A DNA stretch of 63,435 nucleotides, the filler included, from Aduncisulcus paluster (taxonomy: Eukaryota), in NCBI GenBank assembly GCA_024181965.1. It is 6 parts of 6 records of this genome, joined end to end, with 100 filler letters (N's around TTAATTAATTAA, not from the genome) between each part and the next. Parts side by side here need not be neighbours in the genome. Positions count along the whole stretch, not along the records: positions 31,648 to 48,457 come from BQXS01012692.1; positions 48,558 to 59,933 come from BQXS01012694.1; 4 more parts are not named here. One strand, 5' to 3'. Below the pieces are notes generated by a model that saw only the letters and a list, made by a program, of their open reading frames with translations, was not told where the DNA came from and did not search any database. The position numbers and the translations under genes are program-made. Shown piece after piece: positions 46,048 to 58,357 of this stretch. Position 1 is the stretch's first letter, and every line of letters starts with the position of its first letter.

Positions 46048-48457
46048 CTACAAGGCATCTTCTTCGTTATTGGTCCCCCTTCCAACACAATCAATCCAAC
46101 CATTTCTCCCATCTTCGAGAGCAAATACATATGAAGAATGATACAAACACTGAATCTTAGGTCTAAATTTAACTGACAAAACGGCAGTTCCTTTGCCTCG
46201 CACTGTTTTGGCAGGGATATCAAATGAACTCTTTGAGAATACAAACACTGTCGGATCATCCACAACATTTCGAACAATGCCCAATGCTTCATCCTTTTTA
46301 TCGTCCTCATCAATATATCTCCCTTCCTCTTCTTCACTTTCCTCAGATTCACCAGAATCGTCAGCAGATTTTTCAATTGATTTGGAACTCAAACTCCCAT
46401 CTTTTTTCTTCGAACCTTTCTTCTTCTCTTCTTCTTGCTTTTGTTTCTGGGCTTCCAATTCTTCTTGGGCTCGTTTCACCTCTGCTCGTTTCTTACGTTT
46501 GGCTTCTTCTTCTCGTTTGCTCCTCCTTCCAATCAGAAGAGGACCAGCACATCCTTTTGACACCATGGATATCGATTTTCCGGCATTCTCTTGTTTTTGA
46601 ATTGGATTTGTTGTTGTTTGGTCATCAGTTTCTTGAGTTTCTGGAGCAACTTCTTGGTCTAATTTTGTAACTTTCTCACCATCAGAGTGAGAAAGAGACG
46701 AGGATGGAGAAACTGTTCCTTCATGCATCACTCCATGAGCCACACCACTAACAGCGAGACGTCCGCCGGCTCCAATCATTTTCCCTTCACTTCTGAATGG
46801 AGTATGGACATATACAAATACATTGTCACGCTCGATGCGTGTTTTTGAATAACTTTGGAGTGAAGAACGAAGATGGGCCTTGCCAACAAATGTATTAGTA
46901 TCGAGCAACAAACGATTCCTCAACTTGTGAGGCACGTGCAATATACGAACTTTGGACGCTGCACCAAGATTTGTTAGGACAAACCTCAGAGTCCTAGGTG
47001 TTTGGGTGAATGAGACGAGCGATTTAGAAGTGAGTGTGGAAGAGAGAGATGGTTTTAGGGATGGGGGTACACGGGTATCATAGAAATGGGCCCATCGGAA
47101 CCTTTTCTCAAGACAGGAACGTTTGACACGAAGAGTCAGGCTCATGGTATCCGTATGAGTTGGTCTAGAGAATCTCTCTTGGTCTTCCTCAGAGAGTTTG
47201 AGACTCTGATGCCCAGAAGGGATTGGGAAGAAATCCACGTATAAATGGGACATATAAATATCATCTTCAATATCATAGAACACAACAGGGAGTGGTTTAG
47301 TACCAATTCTATTTTTAGAAATATCAGGATGAGAAGCTGTAACAAGATCTGGGGAAGCTCCATCGATCTCATCTACATCTGGACTATGATTCTCATTCTT
47401 CTTATTGTTCAACAGAGCTTGAGACAGTTTCAGGGGATCCCTCAGATCATTCAGGGAATGCATGAGCACCTTACTCACATTGGCATTGACATGGACATTC
47501 ATGCCCCTGTCAACGACAAATAGAGAACTCACGACATCTCCATCTTCTGTTTTGTGGAATTTAATCGTCTCAAGGCGGCCTGAGAGTCGGTTAACATTGA
47601 CATTAAGTTTATAAACGTTATGCTCACACCGAATACGAATATAGATCGGATTTTTGGTTGTATTTCTGAAATCTAACTCATTCTGTCCGGAAATAGATCC
47701 AGATGGAAGGGAATATATCATATTAATGCCTGAAGGAGGATTAGGATACACATGTGGACTGATACATTGGACAGCAAGAGGAATAATCGTATTTTTCATC
47801 AAGCTTTGAAGAGTCCGAGTATTATTCATGCTAGCATATGGATGTTTCATGATTTCTTGGTGCTCAGGGAACAAATCTTGTCCAACTTCTTCCTTGCCGT
47901 CCCTTCTGTCGATGTTTATAGCACTGAGTTTCTTTGTTGTAGTAGTGGAGACTGAGAATCTTGACAGCTTCACAGTGGCTTCTTTAACTCGATCTTTCTT
48001 GCACACAATTGGAGGTAGTGAGGAATGCATAATCTTCCTTGTTTGGTTCATGACAGCTGGAATGGTCGGATAAGTATTAATATTTGGGGCGAGAGAAGGA
48101 ATAAGCACCAATTCTGCATGTTCAATGCCTTCAGCGTCCATCAGAGGGTGCAAAGATAAGGGTCGATGTGTGAAAGGATGGATCGTTAAAGAGGAGTTTG
48201 AGAGACGGAACACTGAACTTTCTTCTCCTTCCCAGAGTTGTGAAAGATTCTCTCCTTCAAACTCAATTCGTAATTGTTCTTTCTTGAAGTCTGTCTCAAT
48301 TCGTTGCCATTTCTGCTTCACCGCAACACGCTTGGTTGCAATTCGTTCCTCACGAGCCCTAGTAAGTTCCTGTAACTGCTTGTATTTCTCCGCCCATTGT
48401 GCCTCTTCTTCTTCCCTTTGCTTTTCTTCTTCAAGCTCCTTCTTTGTCTTTTTCTTG
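46048..48457 (-). CDS. Uncharacterised protein with coiled coils and a C-terminal Ig-like (ASH/PapD-like) beta domain; 5'-partial
   Basis: Long ORF that appears open to the scaffold end. The C-terminal VFVFS...LSVKFRP....YHSSYVF.....IDCVGRG fits the V.F.P......G.G pattern of ASH domains in ciliary proteins (tentative). Confidence 0.6.
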
Positions 48458-48557
48458 NNNNNNNNNNNNNNNNNNNNNNNNNNNNNNNNNNNNNNNNNNN
48501 NTTAATTAATTAANNNNNNNNNNNNNNNNNNNNNNNNNNNNNNNNNNNNNNNNNNNN
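48458..48557. other. Artificial contig-joining linker
   Basis: 44N-TTAATTAATTAA-44N. Confidence 0.97.
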
Positions 48558-51500
48558 AGTTGGACAAGACAACACTGGGGAATATACGCCAGAACCATCG
48601 TCAACGGACTCAAGGGTCTTCAAGGAAGCCACGCTGAAAAGGGAAGGCGTGGAATCTGTTCGATGTGTATAAGCAGGATCGCCAACAGAATCCACAAACA
48701 TGTCAGCAACACAGGCATGCAAGTTCTCATCGACGATCACTTGCTGACACGATGTTGAAGTTGAGGTTGAGTCATATCTGCACTCTTGCCCATACTCACA
48801 CCCGCCAGAACATCCAAATGTACCATCACCATTATCTGGGGAAATGCATGCAAATGTTGATGCATCGGTGTATGACGTGTATGAATCACTGGCACACACA
48901 ACATACCATGTATTGGATACCCCAGGTTTGGTCTCAGCACAGACCTTGTTGACATCAAGTGGATTCGATCCAAGGTCATCAGAGGAACATATACAGGCTT
49001 GACCACTAGCATTCACATCTGCAGTAGAAAGAGAAAACTTAGATGCAAGGAAAGTTTCAATCGCAGTATCACCATTATCACCACAGATATGATTATATGA
49101 CAAGTCAAGGCTACTCCAAGAACCACTGCTGGACAAAGCATACAATGGGGAAGGATCAGAGATATTATTGTTGTTCAGAGAAAGATCGGTCAGATTGGGC
49201 ATGCTAGCAACAAGATGGAACAACAAAGAGATTGAAGTGTTGTTGGCACTGAAAGAAGTGAGAGATGATGGCGATGGGAAAAGACCAGACTCAGTGATAT
49301 CATAATCTGTATTGTCATTCAAAGAGAGTGTCGTGAGAGCTGTAAATGTTGAAAAATCAGTATTGGCAGCAACATTGCATCCGTCGGCATAGAGAATAGA
49401 TATTGATAGTGGAATATTAGATAGCAAAGAAGAAAAGTCTGACACATTTGAGGCATAACTCACATCAAGAGAGACAAGATTCGTGAGATTGGAGATGGTT
49501 GAGAAACTCGTCAGTGAGGAACAGTTGTTTGCAGTCAAGGTCGTGATTGAGGTTGGAATGGAAGAGAAAGAGGACAATGCAGTGTAACTAACATCAAGAC
49601 ATGTGAAAGATGAAGAAGAAGATGATGAGGAGGATGGGAATAGGGCAGAATTTGTCAAATCATACGATGAATTGTTCTTCAAGGAGAGTGTTGTAAGATT
49701 GGGGAAGATAGAGAAATCACTATCAGCATCAAGATAGACAGCCTCAAGAGACAACTCAACGAGGGACAAAGGAAGATATCCAAGATCAGTATTCCCAATG
49801 GACACAGAACTAGATGAAGTGCCAGAGATAGACAAAGATGTCATGTTCACAGCATGTTGTAGACCTTCAAAGGAGTCCACAATGGAAGCATGCACAGAAG
49901 TCACAGTAGCCATGTCTGAAAGAGTCAGATCATCACAGGAGGAAACGTGAGCACTTGGATTAGAAACAGCCATACACAGGGCACTTCGAAGGTTGGAATC
50001 GGCAATGTCAAGGTATTCGCAGGAATCTCCATGAAAACCAGATCGACACCCGCATGTGATAGAAGAAGCACCAATTTCAAGTACAGCCTTCACATTGGAA
50101 TGGCTTTCGCACACTTGGAGACGAATTGTGTCATCAACGGGGGCAGAAGTTGAAGTGCAGGAATGTGAGGTTCCTGAAGTATCAAGTTCATATCCACTAG
50201 AGCATCCTTCTCTACACTTTCCACTGGATTTTTCAAGATAGTATCCATTCCAACATTCAACAGCCCAATGGTCAGGATATACTTTTCGACACACTTGGTG
50301 GGTGGAAGAAAACACAGAAGCTGAGCAAGGACATGTCTTTTGGTTTGAATATATCAATAATGAGGGCTGCAGGTTCGTAAATTTGGAAAGCAACTCACCC
50401 ACAATTCCTTCAATATCACATATCGCATTATCACCAATATTAAGGTTTGTCAGGGTATCATCAGGGAACATGGAAGATGTAATGAGCACAGAAACATCAG
50501 AAATAGAATTATGAGAAACATCAATATTTGTGAGTTTGAATGGCTTGGTGGTTTCATCCTGATCAAGAATGGGGGTAATATCAAGAATATCCTCAATGTA
50601 AGAAATTCTACAATTTTGAGCTGATAGAGATGTTAAACCAGATATTAGCTGACGGTTAGACCACGTTCCTCTGTGATCAACAGATTTAGCAAGAAGTTGG
50701 ACAACTAATTTGTCATTTTCAGCTCTTTCAGCTCTTGATTGATTAAAGGTTCCACTCAAATCATATCCGTCCACGTTCAAGGAAGTCAATCCAATGAAGG
50801 AATCGTCTAATGCAACACCTTGAGCATACTCAAGACCTTGAAGAGTTGTGATTTCATCAACAGAAGAAATGGACGCGGAAGAATTGGTAACTACATCAGA
50901 AAGAGACAATGAACTGCATGTTAACTTTGTCCTCATTGTTCCAACACTGATAATTCCATTAGTTTCAACATCACTTTCAGAAAGACAATAATCTTTCAAG
51001 TATTGGCGAACGTAATCGTCATGAACAGTGAAACATTCGCCATTGATTCCTTCTTTTGCAATGAATGCACACTGTTTAACTGGAGGGTCGGCAACACTGT
51101 TGTATACTTCGTTCAGAACGATTGACGGACAATTTTGAATGGATGGATTACAGGAAAATGGCATTTCTCCAGGGTTATCATTAATGGGACATGCATTAGG
51201 AACTGTATACGCAGTTTTTTCATGGCTATGTGCATTAAAGGCACGAAAAACAAAGTTAATATAATCCCAAAAATCATCATCTGACTCTGATCTGCAAATA
51301 GGAATTAAAAACGGATCTGAAACCTCATTATTAGCGGGATGAAATTGGTATAAGGCAGTTGAACGATAAATAATTGAGATATCATAAAGAGGTTCAAGCA
51401 TTAGGAATTTGATATCGAAAAATCGAGACAGAAGGGAAAAGGATTTCCAGCTTGAATATGACAAGGCTTTCGAAGATAATCTACGAACCCAAAGGTGTGA

Positions 51501-53435
51501 AACTTGTTTGAGAGAAGATATGGGTGCCAAGGAATATACTGCATTTTCATTTAAAATATGAATATAATATGCATTTATAAGATATTGAATGCCTTCAAGA
51601 GAGAAAATAGAATACTCTGAACCACCAGACATATCAAGGCTGGAAATTGTGGCCATTTCAAAGGGGGATATATCACACAACTCAAACGAACTATAATAAT
51701 CAGATTCACTGCAGATAAATTTCCTAAACATTTCATCAGGAATGTAGACTTGATACAATTGATCACAATCATCTCCATACCATGCAGATCGACACCCAAG
51801 AGATGGGTGCGGTGCGTAATCTTCAAAAACGCACTTATGATACTCATCAGGAATCGGTGGACAGACATAATAGACATCTTCAACACATAATCTTTGTTCT
51901 TCGTCATAATAATACCCATTCCAACATTCTAGAAACCAATGATTGGGATACAATTCACGACACACACGATGCCCATCAAAAGACACAGATACAGAACATG
52001 GACACGTTTGCGAAGAAACGGAAGAACTTGCGGATGGAACAGAAAGATTCGTGAAGTAAGCTTGAAGATCAGAAACAGTGTTGACAATGTCGCACACAAG
52101 ATTGTTCGAGAAACTCAGATATGTCAATATAGTGGGATCTGAATCGAACTCGCCAGACGTCACGAGCACTGAGATATCGCTGATCGAGTTGTTGTCGAGA
52201 ATCAATGAAGTGAGCGTATCCACAGGGAATGTCCCGGCAGTGGAAAGCAAGGATAGGGAGTCGGACAGTGAGTTGGACAGAGACAGGTGTGTGAGAGAGG
52301 AGAAGGCAGAGAAGGAAACGGTTGAAGGAATGGCAAGATCATTCATCGTCAGAGACGTCAGAGTCAACACACATAGAACAGAAAGATCGGAGGCATAGTC
52401 AAAGTCTGCACACCCACTCAAATCAAGGGATGACAGCGACGAAGGGAACAGTTCAGATGAGGACATGTCAAAGGGAGTCTCGTTGATGATGGACAGGGAA
52501 GTCAAGGACGAAAAGCCCGAGAAATCAAGGTCGGATGCAACAGTCATAATGCCATCAAGGATAAGTTCGGAGAGGAATGGAACGGTCACAACGAGGTCAT
52601 CAAGAAGAGATTGCGTAAAAATAGAACAGGAATAGTCGGTGCAACCTCCGATGACGGACAGAGATGTTAGATTGGAAGCATATTCAAGACCAGCAAATGA
52701 GGATACTTGACAAGGCACAGAAAGGGATATAATTGTCTCAAGTTCAATAACGGAGATATCAACATAAGTTTCCAACGAATATTCAAGAACTATCTTTACA
52801 GAATCAAGAACATCAGAATCAGAAAGAGTGACAAAATCGCAGAAATCTCCATACAAATTTTCCGGACATTGAACATCAAAAAGAGAGAGATCATGCATTG
52901 TTTGTTGATAAGACAGGAATATGGAATAATTCTCACTCAATTCCTCTTCGCCCAGGATATCATAAGAATAAGAGAGATCTAGACCATTACAGAATATGAG
53001 AACAGTAAAAATAGGAAGGAAGGCAGAAGGAAACAGAGCAATTGAGCTCATAAAATGTTTTAACATTTGTTCTAATGAAGTTTCTATCGAGAGATTTCGA
53101 TAATGAAAAATAAGGAGAGCAAAAAGAGAAATAAGGAGAGCAAAAAGAGAAATAAGGAGAAAATATGGGATAAGATAATGGTTATAATCAATAAAAACAA
53201 CATTTTTATGGGTGAAATCATTTGAAATCGAGTGAATTCCAATATTAGTGACAGTTTGTTGAAAATTGCCGTAAAAGCCATTCCAACTGCCAAAACACAA
53301 TAAAAGAATTGGAAAAATCAACAATAACAAAATTAAAAAAAAATAATTCAACAAATTCGCGAAAATTACTTTGGAATTATTCAAAAGGGAGAGAGAATTC
53401 GATCGGAGAAACCCTTGAAAAGGTTTTAATTTCAT
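48558..53435 (-). CDS. Large LRR/Cys-rich (EGF-like) membrane-anchored surface protein; 3'-partial
   Basis: N-terminal hydrophobic helices, LxxLxLxxNxISD repeats, IPD/IADSNLR caps, and C.CS......VCR..YP.HW..ECWNGYY and GCRS...GD.C modules. Same family as 26996-31532. Confidence 0.88.
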
Positions 53436-53795
53436 TGGATGAAGAATAGGATTGATAAATATTAGTTTTTTTCGATAGGTTGAAATATTTTTAAATAGAA
53501 CACCAAGGAAAGATAGCCATGATCTGATACAATGTCACCACATTCATTCCATCTTCAAAATAATCAAATTGATATTTATGGAAACGTAAATAATTTTGTC
53601 AATTGAATTTTATTGCCATAATTTCAGGGATTATATCCAAGAATTTTTTCTTCAAAAACTTTTGCTTGAAGCAAAACAACTTCAAGTTGTTAGCCTAACA
53701 ATTTTAAAAAGCTACCTATGTATTGAATAGGTGGCTGGTGGGTGAGGGGTGAAAACCTTCGCATTTGAATCAAATGATTTGAGGATATCATCAAA

Positions 53796-54003
53796 TATCA
53801 CCTCGAAGGAAAACAAGAGAAGATGTAGAAATTTCGACTTTTCTTCTCCATCCACATTCCTTTCCCTTCAATCTCACATAATACAACATTATCTAAATCA
53901 ATAGGAAGGAAGTGCCATCCATATTTATGTTTAGGTTCTGTAAATTCATATACTTCTTGTATATCTTCTTACCATCACAATCAGTAAAAGTGAAAGAAGA
54001 GAG
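53796..54003 (-). pseudogene. Frameshifted fragment of the beta-rich domain of the 25027 kinase family
   Basis: The reverse complement aligns by eye with 25962-26175 (FTFTDCDGKK..KKYEF..PKH.Y.WHFLPI.LDNVVLCEIEGKG.W), with small indels. Confidence 0.85.
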
Positions 54004-54699
54004 CAATTCTCTAGTACCGTCCATCATTCGTATGGAGTTTCCACCATACTTATGAAATGGGGCATTATCTAAGTAGAGCCATTTACATCCAGAAAACTTC
54101 ATATGATCAACAATCCATGGAATCAATTCCGCAAACTTCTCTGTATCCAACTTTTCAACTATCCCATAGCCTGCAATTCCCCCGAAAGTGAACTTTGCCA
54201 AAGACAAAAATCTGTTTCTTAACAACATATCCATTATATCCTGCTTCTTTTCCACCAACCTTTCGTCATACCCTTCTCCAAGTCATCTTTTCGAGATCAA
54301 ACATTGTTTCATTGAGACAGCAAGTATTGAAAGCATGTAAGTCCGGCACGAATCCTTAAGGATAAACGGTGGGCCACAACATCACTTTTCATATCTCTAC
54401 GAGCTTTTTAAGGGTCTTATTGGGTATATTTTTGACGACGTGCTGCTCTCGAAACGGAAGAAGGATGAACTCCAACATCAGGAGCTGAGTCTTTTGGTTA
54501 AGCCCTGGAATCTTTTTGAGCTTCCACAATTTTTTCATCGCTTCTGGTTCTCCTTTTACCTATAGGAATATCACCATTCGCCCATTGTGAAACTTTCACT
54601 ACAGTTGAACAGTAGTTCGGGGAACTTGCATACGCCTTGACGCTTCGGATATTGAATATTTTGCTCATGTATTAGCTTTAAACATGCATCACGTTCCAT
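54004..54699 (-). mobile_element. Decayed Tc1/IS630-type DDE transposase, truncated before the catalytic Glu
   Basis: Across frameshifts: HTH YSISEASRRMQVPRTTV(SQW), second HTH-like GVHPSSVSRAARR, CCLNETMF (first D position as N), RRV*RK, IFVFG, and LYLDNAPFHK (second D motif). Confidence 0.75.
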
Positions 54700-54869
54700 T
54701 TAGGGACAACATAAAACATTAAACGGTCAATTTCGGCGAAATTCTGGAAATATAATTAAAATGGAATAACATCAATTAGTCAACCAATTTCAAAGGAAAT
54801 GAACCCTAAAAAAATCAATCGAAAAAAAAAAAAAACGACCAAATGTCGTCACTTGACGGATATTCATTA

Positions 54870-56949
54870 CAGTGGAGGCCACCGGCAACGCCCCGGTCCG
54901 GCCAAAATCCGAGTATCACACTACTCGCGTGGGTGATATATGGGCGTTTTTCGACTTCAAAAACACTCGAATTCGAATAAAAAATCATACTCGGAATAAT
55001 TTTGATTGTCGAATGGGAGGATCATTTTTTTAGTGTTCTCCCACCCAAATTATGGTCATATTCCACGATCATTCGACCAAGCAAATATTTATACTCTAAT
55101 GATACCATATCAAAAAAATGAATAATATGTATTATACAACAAATTAATTTATTAACATTATTACCAAAACACTGGACAATCAAAAAAGCCCTGAAGAATC
55201 TTCGAGTGATTGTGCTAAAGGCCGTGGTGAAGACTGCTGGGCAGACTGTCCAGTAGACGTACCATCAGGTAAACTAGATCTGGAAGGACTGGGTGCACGG
55301 GGAATGGGAATCTCTGATGTTGGAGTTCTTCTAGTGTCATCACTTCGTCCTTCTTCCCTTTTCCGATGACGAATAGCACTCATAACCTTTTTTGAAGATT
55401 TTAAGTGGGAAATAGTTGCCACTTCTTGTATTAAACGATATTCTGGATCGTCAGCAGATCCTGGCAAAGATTTTACAAATTCAGAGGTGTGTCGTTTTAG
55501 CGAAGGCTCATATATGTCATATCGAACCTCATCTGCCTCAAGAACTCTTCGCTTCGTGGTCTCATCAGAAAAAATATCTTCCACGACCTTTTTTACGATC
55601 TCTTTCTGCATCCGCCGCTCCATAAATACCATGGCAGGCTTTATGTCACACCCATATGGATGATAAGTTCACAATTTCGCTAAGCTACGGCGAAAAGATC
55701 ACTTAATATACGACAAAAAAACATAAGAAATGAAAAATGGGACGAAATGAAAAAGAATAACGATAAAATTGACATGAGAAAAATATAAACAATAACAATG
55801 GGGAAAATAAAGTAAATAGGAGTTACAACCAATCAAAACCATCTTTGATCATCGATAAACAAGATTATCCTTCAGCTGTAGGAGTGAGGCTTCAATGTCA
55901 TTATCAATCTTGTCTCTCAATAAACAAAAGTGAAATTGAGTATAAGTATGAGTTATAAGGGTAAAGGAGTGCTTGAAAAGATGAATCTCAAGAATACACC
56001 GAATGCAAGGGGGGGTAGACACATCGACCCAACGTCAAGTTGATAAAACATGATTGAGGATTGCATTTTAGATTCCGAGGTGTGGCNNNNNNNNNNNNNN
56101 NNNNNNAATAAAGTAAATAGGAGTTACAACCAATCAAAACCATCTTTGATCATCGATAAACAAGATTATCCTTCAGCTGTAGGAGTGAGGCTTCAATGTC
56201 ATTATCAATCTTGTCTCTCAATAAACAAAAGTGAAATTGAGTATAAGTATGAGTTATAAGGGTAAAGGAGTGCTTGAAAAGATGAATCTCAAGAATACAC
56301 CGAATGCAAGGGGGGGTAGACACATCGACCCAACGTCAAGTTGATAAAACATGATTGAGGATTGCATTTTAGATTCCGAGGTGTGGCAACCAATAAAATA
56401 AATATCTCTGATGTGCCACCATTTCTCACAACAAAGATACTATCTTTAAAATGATAGTATCATTTTCAGAATTGAATGCGATTTTTTCATTCACATATCA
56501 AATGACAAAAAATCGATATCGTTGGATATTTCGACATAAATATCAAGAATATGGTTAAAAATCACCAATTGTATAACTTGGTCATTTACAAAACCCACTG
56601 GGTTTTTCTTGGCAAGATAATTATCAAAATTGTGGGACAATTATCAAAATAAACCGAGTTACTACAAATATTTTATTTTAGAAGATTGCACGGATAAAAT
56701 ATTAAAATTTATAATAAAATAATGGACAGACAATGATATAGGCATTCAACAAACTATGTTCGAGTGAGAGTATATTCCGAGCTGGCCAGAAAACGGAATT
56801 TGCCACCAATTTTTCATACTCCGATTCGAGGGGGGGGTGAGATACCAAAACCCGAATAAAAAATTCCGACCGGAAATTTTCTTTTTGGTCAGATAATACC
56901 ATTATTCCACCAGGCGAGTCGAAAAAGGCGTGGCCGGTGGCCTCCACTG
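54870..56949. mobile_element. Non-autonomous Tc1/mariner-like DNA transposon (23-bp TIRs, TA target duplication) carrying a cargo ORF
   Basis: TA(54868-69)|CAGTGGAGGCCACCGGCAACGCC ... GGCGTGGCCGGTGGCCTCCACTG|TA(56950-51): 22/23 inverted match with CAGTG termini. Short subterminal motifs (TTTTTCGACT, CGAATAAAAAAT, CATACTC) occur near both ends. About 1.78 kb after removing the gap duplication. Confidence 0.88.
55180..55632 (-). CDS. Uncharacterised 150-aa cargo ORF inside the transposon
   Basis: Open frame with a helical N-terminal half and a Ser/Pro-rich tail; no DDE or HTH motifs. Confidence 0.5.
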   Translation of the reverse strand: MVFMERRMQKEIVKKVVEDIFSDETTKRRVLEADEVRYDIYEPSLKRHTSEFVKSLPGSADDPEYRLIQEVATISHLKSSKKVMSAIRHRKREEGRSDDTRRTPTSEIPIPRAPSPSRSSLPDGTSTGQSAQQSSPRPLAQSLEDSSGLF

Positions 56950-57153
56950 TAATCTCTTAAATGACATGTGGAATGATGATCATTCTTGATATTTTACTGA
57001 CTTAGGACTAATATATAATAAAACTGATTTTTATGTGCCCATTCAAACATTTTCGCGGACGAGTATTGAAAAATCAGTACTGGAAGGGTGAATTTTTATT
57101 TTTCTTCGAATTACAATTTAACATTTATATAAAAAGAAAAAAAAATTCAAATA

Positions 57154-58035
57154 ATGTCCAAATTAGGAGATATGAAAGATGCTAATTTCCCGAAAGATGA
57201 CCAAGGAAGGGTGTACCACCTTGGCATTGGTCCTGGTATGGTTGCCAACAGAATCATATTCGTTGGTGATACTCACAGAGCCAAACTTCTTGCTGATACA
57301 ATTGATGGCTTTGAAACTATTTCTGACTTCACTCCTCCCCGTCAATTTCGGATTATCACAGGAAATTATAAAGGTGTCAAGATATCCATTGTTGGAACTC
57401 TTATGGGATATCCTAATACTGACTTTTGCGTCCGTGAGATTAGAGCTGTGACTGAAGGTCCTCTTGCCATCATCAGGATGGGTACTTGTGGTACTCCTCA
57501 TGATCTTGTCGAAACTGGAGATGTCGTCGTCGGAAGAGAGACAGTTGGTATTGTTAGAAATCCTGATTACTTCCGTATGACTGATAAGGAGCGTGAGGAA
57601 GCTGCTGCCCGTCCTTATACTATTACTCGCTCCTTGAAAGCTTCTCCTGAGATTTTGGAGCTACTCGAGGGTAAAACGGCGGCCATAATGAAGGGCTATA
57701 AAGGATCCACCCTTCATTTTGGTGTTAATGCCTCTGCTGATTCTTTCTATAGTGCACAAGGGAGGCTCGATTCGGCCTTTGATGATAAGAATGAAGTTAT
57801 CATTGATGAACTTATGGAAAGATATCCTGAGACCAAAGCCCTTGAAATGGAAAGTTTTACTTTGTTTGATCTTGCTGATGTTTGCAAAAAGTCGAAAATT
57901 TATGTTGGATGCCTTGCTATTGTACTTGCTCAGAGGAAACGTGGAGGTTTCTTACCCCATGCTCGAAAAGTACAAATGGTTCAAAAAATTGGAAGAGCTG
58001 TTGCTGAGACGCTCGTTGAATTAAAAATGGAATGA
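57154..58035 (+). CDS. Uridine phosphorylase (PNP/UDP family 1)
   Basis: YHLG, VGD..RA, MG.P, IIRMGTCG, SADSFYSAQGR and ALEMES motifs. Confidence 0.92.
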   Translation: MSKLGDMKDANFPKDDQGRVYHLGIGPGMVANRIIFVGDTHRAKLLADTIDGFETISDFTPPRQFRIITGNYKGVKISIVGTLMGYPNTDFCVREIRAVTEGPLAIIRMGTCGTPHDLVETGDVVVGRETVGIVRNPDYFRMTDKEREEAAARPYTITRSLKASPEILELLEGKTAAIMKGYKGSTLHFGVNASADSFYSAQGRLDSAFDDKNEVIIDELMERYPETKALEMESFTLFDLADVCKKSKIYVGCLAIVLAQRKRGGFLPHARKVQMVQKIGRAVAETLVELKME

Positions 58036-58357
58036 GAGATTTTTTACGATCGATTTTTACTTGTTAGAGTTTGAATAAACCTAATATTTCTTCAAGAAAT
58101 ACAAGATTTTGAAGTTTGAAAGTGTAAATTTTAAGGTCAAAAGATTTGAAAATACCTTAGATAAGCTCAACTCAATTTTTCAGTTTTGGCGACGAATATC
58201 GTCATTTCCAAGATATTTTCATTTTATTTGTTTTTAATATAATCTATTTCTTCTTTTCATGGTTATTTTTGTCTTTTCGTGTTGATCTCTTGTCATTTTT
58301 CTCTTGACAGGTTTTAGCATTTCTTTGAGAATCTCTCTCGATTTAAATATATATCAT

